Program-made: the position numbers and the translations under genes | Assembly: GCA_014859655.1 (NCBI GenBank) | Contig: JACUTT010000002.1 | Location: forward strand, 17,046-81,045 | Source: Campylobacterales bacterium | GTDB taxonomy: Bacteria; Campylobacterota; Campylobacteria; Campylobacterales; Sulfurimonadaceae | DNA: 64,000 bases | Direction: 5' to 3' | The notes under the pieces: generated by a model | What the model saw: only the letters and a program-made list of their open reading frames with translations | Told to the model about the DNA's origin: nothing | The model's database searches: none | Shown here: in pieces, positions 57,841 to 64,000 of the stretch | How the letters are laid out: each line of letters opens with the position of its first letter | Position numbering within the stretch: the first letter of the stretch is position 1

Positions 57841-58569
57841 ATGAGTACTGAGATGAAAAAAATAGATCCTGAATCACCTGAGTTCAAGACGGAACTCCTT
57901 AAAACTATCAAATTTACCGACAAGGTCGTCGCTCAGTTTGGTTTTGCCTACAATCCCGATCCGCTCATCAACGAGGGGATACAGATGGGATTGACGCGTA
58001 ACAAACTCATCTACGACAAACGCTACTGCCCTTGTTTCTTTGTCACGGGAGACAAGGAGGAGGACCGTATCTGCCCCTGCAAACCGGCCCTTGAACATGA
58101 GATCCCCAACGACGGTGTCTGCCACTGCCAGATCTTCTGTACCCCCGAATATGCGGCAAAAACGGCTAAAAACGATGAGCTTGAAGCCGTTACGCATGAG
58201 CATTCGCGCGGCTTGAGTGCGCAGGAGTGCGAAATGCTTCTTGGAAAACATGATATCGACGCCGACGAGCTGGTCTCCTTGCTTGAAGCGCGTGAACTTG
58301 GGATGGTCGACTTTAACCTTGTCGACGTGCGGGAGTGGATGGAGCATCAAGGCGGCCATATAAAAGGGACGGACACACTCGTGCCGACCACCAGCTTTTT
58401 TGCCTCTTTGACAAAGGCAAACCTGGACACGGACAAGAGCCTTATACTCTACTGCCATGTCGGCAGCCGAAGCGCACACTGTCAGCGCATTCTCTCTGAT
58501 ATGAAGTTCAAAAGCGTTGTCAATCTTGCCCATGGTATCTCCGGTTATCACGGAGAAATCGTCCGATAA
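57841..58569 (+). CDS. Fusion protein: ferredoxin-thioredoxin reductase catalytic-subunit-like domain + rhodanese domain
   Basis: CPC-x12-CPC-x13-CHC cysteine pattern (FTR catalytic-chain type) in the N-terminal half. The C-terminal half is rhodanese with an active-site loop YCHVGSRS. Confidence 0.75.
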   Translation: MSTEMKKIDPESPEFKTELLKTIKFTDKVVAQFGFAYNPDPLINEGIQMGLTRNKLIYDKRYCPCFFVTGDKEEDRICPCKPALEHEIPNDGVCHCQIFCTPEYAAKTAKNDELEAVTHEHSRGLSAQECEMLLGKHDIDADELVSLLEARELGMVDFNLVDVREWMEHQGGHIKGTDTLVPTTSFFASLTKANLDTDKSLILYCHVGSRSAHCQRILSDMKFKSVVNLAHGISGYHGEIVR

Positions 58570-58650
58570 TCAGAAACTAAGAGCAAATCTGCTAAAATCG
58601 CGTCAACTAAAAAAAACAGAGGGAAATTCCCTCTCTAAAAGAGCATACAG

Positions 58651-59097
58651 ATGAAAGTATTATTGATCAAAGATGTCAAAGGTCTGGGAAAAGCAGGCGA
58701 GGTCAAAGAGGTCAAAGACGGTTACGGCCAAAACTTCCTCATCGGAAAAGGCTTTGCAAAAGCCGCTACTAACGTTGTTTTAAATCAGCACAAGGCGCAA
58801 GAGAAAAAGAAGGCGGAAGATGATGCCGCTGAACTTGAACGCCTCAAACAGATCAAAGAACAGCTCTCAAGCCTTGTCACGACTATCAAGAAAAAAGTAG
58901 GTGAAAACGGCCATCTTTTCGGCTCCGTGACTAAAGAGGAGATTTCGCAGGCCGTCCTTGAACAGCACAATATCGTCATCGACAAAAAACACATTGAGCA
59001 TAAACTCTCCATGAAAGAGCTCGGCGAGTATGAGATCGACCTTAAACTCGGTCACGGTCTGCATGCGATGATGAAGATCAAGATCATAAGCGAATAG
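58651..59097 (+). CDS. rplI: 50S ribosomal protein L9
   Basis: [30 protein letters not shown] is a canonical L9 N-terminus. Confidence 0.95.
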   Translation: MKVLLIKDVKGLGKAGEVKEVKDGYGQNFLIGKGFAKAATNVVLNQHKAQEKKKAEDDAAELERLKQIKEQLSSLVTTIKKKVGENGHLFGSVTKEEISQAVLEQHNIVIDKKHIEHKLSMKELGEYEIDLKLGHGLHAMMKIKIISE

Positions 59098-59104
59098 GCA
59101 AAAT

Positions 59105-59641
59105 ATGTTTGATGCAACCACGATACTGGCTTACAAAGGCAAGAACAAGGCCGTCATAGCAGGAGACGGACAGGTCACTTTCGGAGACTCCATCTTAAAA
59201 AGCAATGCGACCAAGATCCGTACTCTCTACAAGGGCGAAATACTTGCAGGATTTGCCGGTTCAACTGCGGATGCATTCAACCTTTTTGATATGTTTGAGG
59301 GCTATCTTGACGAGCGCAAAGGCGACCTCATCAAGGCCGTTGTCGATTTTTCAAAGGCCTGGAGAAAAGATAAGGTATTGCGCCGGCTTGAAGCGATGAT
59401 GATCGTACTCAACCGCGAACACATCTTCATATTGACGGGGAACGGCGATGTCGTAGAACCCGAAGACGGCGAGATCGCCTCCATAGGAAGCGGCGGAAAC
59501 TTCGCCATCTCTGCCGCGCGCGCGCTCAAACGCCATGCCGATCTTGACGAAGAAAGCCTCGTCAAAGAGAGCCTCCTTATCGCCTCAGAGCTTTGCATCT
59601 ATACCAATAACAATATTAAACTTCTTTCATTGGAAAATTGA
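59105..59641 (+). CDS. hslV: ATP-dependent protease subunit HslV
   Basis: N-terminal Thr after Met ([10 protein letters not shown]...), GSGG motif, 178 aa. Confidence 0.95.
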   Translation: MFDATTILAYKGKNKAVIAGDGQVTFGDSILKSNATKIRTLYKGEILAGFAGSTADAFNLFDMFEGYLDERKGDLIKAVVDFSKAWRKDKVLRRLEAMMIVLNREHIFILTGNGDVVEPEDGEIASIGSGGNFAISAARALKRHADLDEESLVKESLLIASELCIYTNNNIKLLSLEN

Positions 59642-60969
59642 TGAATATGACACCCAAAGAGACCGTTGCCTACCTAAATGAGTATGTGATAGGCCAGGAT
59701 GAAGCGAAAAAGACCATAGCCATCGCACTGCGAACCCGATTCCGTCGCATGCAGCTTGATGAAGAACTTCAAGACGACATCATGCCCAAGAATATTCTTA
59801 TGATCGGCTCAACGGGTGTGGGCAAGACGGAGATCGCACGCCGCCTGGCAAAACTGATGAACCTTCCCTTCATCAAGGTCGAAGCGAGCAAATACACTGA
59901 GGTCGGTTTTGTCGGCCGCGATGTCGAGTCTATGGTGCGCGATCTGGTCATGGCCTCAATCGATATCGTCAAAAAAGAGCATCAGGCAAAAAATATCGAG
60001 CAGGTCGGCAACTATGTGCTCGACGCTATCGTCGACAAACTGCTTCCACCGCTTCCGCTGATGGCAAGCAACGAAAAAAAAGAGGAGTACAAATTTTCGC
60101 GCGAACGGATGATAGAACGTGTGCTCAGCGGAGAGATGGACGACAAGATCATTGAGATCGAGATCCCTAAAAGCAGCCTTGAATTCAACGACACCAATCT
60201 CCCGCCTGAAATGGCTAAGGTCCAAGAGTCATTTTCACAGATGTTTGCGGGACTAAACAAGCAAGACCTTAAAAAAGAGGTCTGCGTATTTGATGCGAAA
60301 CATATCCTTAAAGCGGAAGCCGGAGAAAAGCTTCTTGATATGCAGGGCATCCACTCCGAAGCGCTCAAACGTGCCGCGCAAGGGGGGATTATCTTCTTGG
60401 ACGAGATCGACAAGATCGCTGTTTCTTCCAAAAATGAGGGGCGTAACGATCCCGGCAAAGAGGGCGTACAAAGGGATCTGCTTCCCATCGTCGAAGGCTC
60501 AAGTGTGAGCACCAAGTTTGGTCAGATAAAAACTGACCATATTTTATTTATCGCGGCCGGTGCCTTTCATGTGAGCAAGCCCAGTGACCTTATCCCCGAA
60601 CTGCAGGGACGTTTTCCGCTACGCGTCGAGCTTAACCCTATGGACGAAGAGTCTCTCTATCTCATCTTGACGCAGACGAAAAGCTCCCTACTTCGCCAAT
60701 ATGAAGCCCTCTTGAAGGTCGAAGGTATGGAGCTAAGTTTTGATGATGAGGCGATCAGAGCACTCGCCAAACTGGCCCAAAGCGCAAACGAGAAGACCGA
60801 AGATATAGGCGCGCGCCGTTTGCATACTGTGATCGAAAAAGTACTCGAGGATATCAGCTTTAATGCCGATGAACGTGCAGGAGAAAAAGTTGTTATCACA
60901 AAAGAACTTGTGCACGAAAAGCTTGACAAGCTTGTGGAAGATGAAGATCTTGCACGCTATATATTATAA
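59638..60969 (+). CDS. hslU: ATP-dependent protease ATPase subunit HslU
   Basis: Walker [16 protein letters not shown], an I-domain insertion and IFLDEIDKI Walker B. Confidence 0.95.
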   Translation: MMNMTPKETVAYLNEYVIGQDEAKKTIAIALRTRFRRMQLDEELQDDIMPKNILMIGSTGVGKTEIARRLAKLMNLPFIKVEASKYTEVGFVGRDVESMVRDLVMASIDIVKKEHQAKNIEQVGNYVLDAIVDKLLPPLPLMASNEKKEEYKFSRERMIERVLSGEMDDKIIEIEIPKSSLEFNDTNLPPEMAKVQESFSQMFAGLNKQDLKKEVCVFDAKHILKAEAGEKLLDMQGIHSEALKRAAQGGIIFLDEIDKIAVSSKNEGRNDPGKEGVQRDLLPIVEGSSVSTKFGQIKTDHILFIAAGAFHVSKPSDLIPELQGRFPLRVELNPMDEESLYLILTQTKSSLLRQYEALLKVEGMELSFDDEAIRALAKLAQSANEKTEDIGARRLHTVIEKVLEDISFNADERAGEKVVITKELVHEKLDKLVEDEDLARYIL

Positions 60970-60978
60970 GGAAAAAAG

Positions 60979-61926
60979 ATGCGCAAGTCTAAAAAAAGCA
61001 CTACACCCGGATCAGTCGAAACACCCACCAAAGCTGGTTTGACTAAAGAAACCACCAAAGCTGGTTTTGTAGCCATAGTAGGTCGTCCGAATGCAGGCAA
61101 GAGCACGCTGATGAATGCACTTTTGGGCGAAAAGATCTCCATGGTCTCACAAAAAGCCAACGCAACGCGAAAGCGCATCAATGCCATTGTCATGCACAAG
61201 AACAACCAAATCATCTTTGTTGATACTCCGGGTCTGCATGAAAAAGAGAAGATACTTAACAAGTTTATGATGGAAGAGGCGCTCAAGGCGATCGGCGACT
61301 GTGACATCACCCTTTTTCTGGCTCCTGTCACCGATTCTACCGAAGATTACGAAAAGTTTTTGACGCTGACAAAGCGTCCGCACATCGTTCTTCTTAGCAA
61401 GATCGACCATGTCAGCAACGAGAAGATACTCAAAAAGATCCAGGAGTATCAGCAGTATCAGGACAAGTTTCTAGCGATTATTCCTGTCTCTGTAACCAAG
61501 GGCGGCATAGGATTTGACCAGATTTTGGATGAGATTGCAAAACATATCCCCGAGTCTCCTTATCTTTTCAATCCCGATGACCTCACAACCGAGATGCTGC
61601 GCGATATCTACAAAGAGTTTATCCGTGAGGCGATTTTTGACAATATCAGCGACGAGATCCCTTACGAATCGGATGTTCTGATCGACAAGGTCGAAGAGTT
61701 TCCGGGTCTTGAAAAAATACGTGCCACCATCATTGTTGAGAAGCAGACGCAAAAAGGCATTATCATCGGCCAAGGCGGCGCTGCGATCAAACGTATCGGC
61801 AGAGATGCCCGTCTTCAGATCGAAAATCTTATTGGTAAAAAAGTCTTTTTGGATCTTTTTGTCTCTGTCAAAAAAGGGTGGACAAACGACAAAAAGTTTC
61901 TTGAAGATATCGGCTATAAGTTCTAG
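60979..61926 (+). CDS. era: GTPase Era with a short N-terminal extension
   Basis: KAGFVAIVGRPNAGKST G1 motif, DTPG G3 and a C-terminal KH domain. ATG 60979 has an AAGGA RBS. Confidence 0.9.
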   Translation: MRKSKKSTTPGSVETPTKAGLTKETTKAGFVAIVGRPNAGKSTLMNALLGEKISMVSQKANATRKRINAIVMHKNNQIIFVDTPGLHEKEKILNKFMMEEALKAIGDCDITLFLAPVTDSTEDYEKFLTLTKRPHIVLLSKIDHVSNEKILKKIQEYQQYQDKFLAIIPVSVTKGGIGFDQILDEIAKHIPESPYLFNPDDLTTEMLRDIYKEFIREAIFDNISDEIPYESDVLIDKVEEFPGLEKIRATIIVEKQTQKGIIIGQGGAAIKRIGRDARLQIENLIGKKVFLDLFVSVKKGWTNDKKFLEDIGYKF

Positions 61927-61933
61927 GAGAAAA

Positions 61934-62899
61934 ATGCGCTACTTAATTTTATATTTCATCTGTGTAAGCGGAGTGTTTGCAAGCGATAGCCTGCTTGATA
62001 TTTATCAAAAAGAGGGAATGCAAGGCGTTGAAAAGATCTTTGACGAGGAACTGGCATCCGAAGAGTACTGGGAGAAGAAGCTTCGCGACATCGATACACG
62101 TTTTGGGTACTTAGAGGGGATCAACTATCTTCTGGCCTGTGATAAAAATGAGACCTCACTGAAGCTTTTTACAAAAGATGCCAACAGCTCTTTTCAATTA
62201 AACAGCGACTTTTCCGCTTTTCTTGGCAAGGAGAAAGGAGACAAGGAGCACGAGGGAGACCTCAAAACGCCTGTCGGCGTCTATAGACTGGTTCAAAAAC
62301 TTGATAAAGTCGACCAGTTTTACGGTCCCCTGGCCTTTGTCACCTCATACCCCAATGTATACGACCAGGTAAGAGGGAAAAACGGATCGGGCATCTGGGT
62401 GCACGGCCTTCCACTAAATCAAAGAAGAGATGACTTTACGCGAGGCTGTATTGCGATAAACAACACAAACCTGAGGCATATTGAACAAGTCATTGATTTC
62501 AAAGAGGCCTTGGTCTACATTGACAAAGAGAGTTATCCTAAGGTCGAAAAGAGTACCCTTGCACGACTTTTGAGCCAACTCTACACCTGGCGCTTGGCAT
62601 GGAAGAGCAGCAATACTGCGGCCTATCTTAATTTCTATGATGAAGAGTTCAAGCGGCTTGACGGCCTGGACAAAGAAAAGTTCTCACGCTATAAAAGCCG
62701 CGTTTTTAGTAAAAAAGAGAGCAAGCAGATCTATTTCAGCAATATCAATATACTCCCCTACCCCATGCAAGGCAAAGAGAATATCTATCTGGTCAGTTTT
62801 CATGAAGAGTATCAATCGAAAAGCCACTATTTCAGCGGAGACAAAGAACTTTATGTTCGTTTGGACGATCAAAGATTTACGATTTTAGCCGAGAAGTAG
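61934..62899 (+). CDS. pgp2: L,D-transpeptidase-fold (YkuD) protein with C-terminal NTF2-like region, Csd6/Pgp2-like L,D-carboxypeptidase
   Basis: Start at MRYLILYFICVSGVFA (signal peptide). Catalytic HGLP...TRGCIAI motif. Size about 321 aa. The track ORF start at 61709 overlaps era and is unlikely. Confidence 0.7.
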   Translation: MRYLILYFICVSGVFASDSLLDIYQKEGMQGVEKIFDEELASEEYWEKKLRDIDTRFGYLEGINYLLACDKNETSLKLFTKDANSSFQLNSDFSAFLGKEKGDKEHEGDLKTPVGVYRLVQKLDKVDQFYGPLAFVTSYPNVYDQVRGKNGSGIWVHGLPLNQRRDDFTRGCIAINNTNLRHIEQVIDFKEALVYIDKESYPKVEKSTLARLLSQLYTWRLAWKSSNTAAYLNFYDEEFKRLDGLDKEKFSRYKSRVFSKKESKQIYFSNINILPYPMQGKENIYLVSFHEEYQSKSHYFSGDKELYVRLDDQRFTILAEK

Positions 62900-64000
62900 A
62901 TGAGGCTCCTCTTTCTGTTTCTATGTCTGATACCATCCCTGCATGCAGACAAACTTCTGGATCTTTATAAACTTCAAGGCAAGCAGAGCGGACCGACGCT
63001 TTTGGTCTTCGGGGGGATACACGGAGATGAGCCGGGAGGGTATTTAGCCGCTTCAATCCTCGCCAAACACTACTCGATCCAGTCCGGAAATCTCTGGGTC
63101 GTGCCCAATACCAACAAAGAGAGTATCCTTCACTACCACCGAGGCGTAAATGGTGACTTGAATCGTAAGTTTTCTGCTATCTCGCATCACGACCCTGATG
63201 CAGAGACGATCAAAGAGATCAAAGAACTTATACTGCATCCTGAGGCCAACCTCATTCTCAATCTTCATGACGGTCACGGTTTTTTTCGCGAAAAATATCA
63301 AAACACCATCTTTAATCCGGGCGCCTGGGGACAGACCTGCGTCATTGACCAACTCAAACTGGACAACAACAACAGCTATGACGATCTCGACTGTATCGCC
63401 CAAAAGGTAAGTCAAACACTCAATGAACATCTTCTGCAGGACCATCACAGTTTCAACGTGCGCAACACGCAGACTAAAAAGAAAAAAAATGAAATGCAGT
63501 ATTCGCTCACCTATTTTGCCATCAGCAATGACAAACCTGCTTTTGCAATAGAAACGAGCAAAGAGTTGAAAGAAACAGTCCAAAAAGCCTTTTATCAACT
63601 CCGTGCTATAGAGGCATTTATGCAGATTATGGGCATAAGGTATCAAAGAGATTTTGAACTAAACTCGGAAAATATCAAAAGTATTACAAAAAGCAATGGT
63701 GTTCTTACAATAAACGACAATATATCACTGGATTTGGACAACTTAAGAAAAAATTTAAGATATATTCCGCTACAATCGATTAAGAACGATTTATGCTTCT
63801 CCCACCCCTTGGGTGGGGTCAAAGAGGGCAATGGGTTCATTGAATTGTATATCGGACATAAAAAAATTTCTCATTTGTCAACGACTCCTTTTCCTCTTGA
63901 AAAATGTGAGGGTTTATTTGAGGCGACAGTTGACGGGGAGAGGAAATCCATTGATTTACCTTCAGAAGTTAATATTATGTCCGATATTGTTTTTCATGCG
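62900..64000 (+). CDS. pgp1: M14-family metallocarboxypeptidase, Csd4/Pgp1-like (partial, runs off the window end)
   Basis: Own translation from the ATG at 62900, immediately after the upstream stop at 62897-62899. It is open to the window end. Signal peptide, GGIHGDEPGG (HxxE zinc motif) and NLHDGHGFF (second His). Absent from the ORF track because there is no stop in the window. Confidence 0.7.
   Translation, partial: MRLLFLFLCLIPSLHADKLLDLYKLQGKQSGPTLLVFGGIHGDEPGGYLAASILAKHYSIQSGNLWVVPNTNKESILHYHRGVNGDLNRKFSAISHHDPDAETIKEIKELILHPEANLILNLHDGHGFFREKYQNTIFNPGAWGQTCVIDQLKLDNNNSYDDLDCIAQKVSQTLNEHLLQDHHSFNVRNTQTKKKKNEMQYSLTYFAISNDKPAFAIETSKELKETVQKAFYQLRAIEAFMQIMGIRYQRDFELNSENIKSITKSNGVLTINDNISLDLDNLRKNLRYIPLQSIKNDLCFSHPLGGVKEGNGFIELYIGHKKISHLSTTPFPLEKCEGLFEATVDGERKSIDLPSEVNIMSDIVFHA

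Noticed and set aside
57874-58551. 225 aa minus-strand ORF
   Set aside because: It is antisense to the FTR-rhodanese gene, whose cysteine motifs and rhodanese loop are unambiguous. No motifs are visible in the antisense product.
58618-58634. Hairpin AGAGGGAA-A-TTCCCTCT upstream of rplI as a terminator
   Set aside because: On the plus strand it is preceded by an A-run and not followed by a U-tract. It would only terminate antisense transcription, and both flanking genes are on the plus strand.
63053-63646. 197 aa minus-strand ORF near the window end
   Set aside because: The plus strand encodes an uninterrupted M14 peptidase (HGDE and second-His motifs) from 62900 to the window end. The ORF track misses it only because there is no stop in the window.
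1-64000. CRISPR arrays, insertion sequences, rRNA genes, prophage
   Set aside because: Reading through the window I saw no regularly spaced direct repeats, transposase-like ORFs, rRNA-like segments or phage structural genes. A computational repeat search was not possible.

Overview
The window looks like a chromosomal segment from a Campylobacterota (epsilonproteobacterium-like) genome. This is inferred from gene content and from synteny I recall from Campylobacter jejuni: cvpA-fur-lysS-glyA-DUF1882-SPOR-aroE, argG-rplI-hslVU-era, and rodA/rluD-flpA-trmB-ftsEX-M23. Most of it is densely packed housekeeping genes. The main accessory feature is a roughly 14 kb minus-strand operon (about 2.2-16.5 kb) encoding a complete Pel-type exopolysaccharide machinery. 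Its gene order is permuted (pelC-D-E-F-G-A-B) and PelB appears split into two ORFs. Two SAM-dependent methyltransferases are translationally coupled to its 3' end, followed by a decayed receiver/histidine-kinase gene with one frameshift and four in-frame stops. Downstream on the same strand lies a rhodanese / DUF302 / tandem-methyltransferase (ArsM-like) cluster. Other items worth a second look:
- a four-hairpin structured RNA candidate between glyA and the DUF1882 gene
- an orphan trpE plus an unknown zinc-ribbon protein inserted in otherwise conserved synteny
- a small cluster of secreted proteins next to a tRNA(CAT), including a caspase-fold protein that lacks the catalytic Cys
- a ferredoxin-thioredoxin-reductase/rhodanese fusion
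- adjacent Csd6/Pgp2-like and Csd4/Pgp1-like cell-shape peptidases

I saw no CRISPR array, prophage or transposase. All calls come from reading the translations and sequence by eye. No searches were run.
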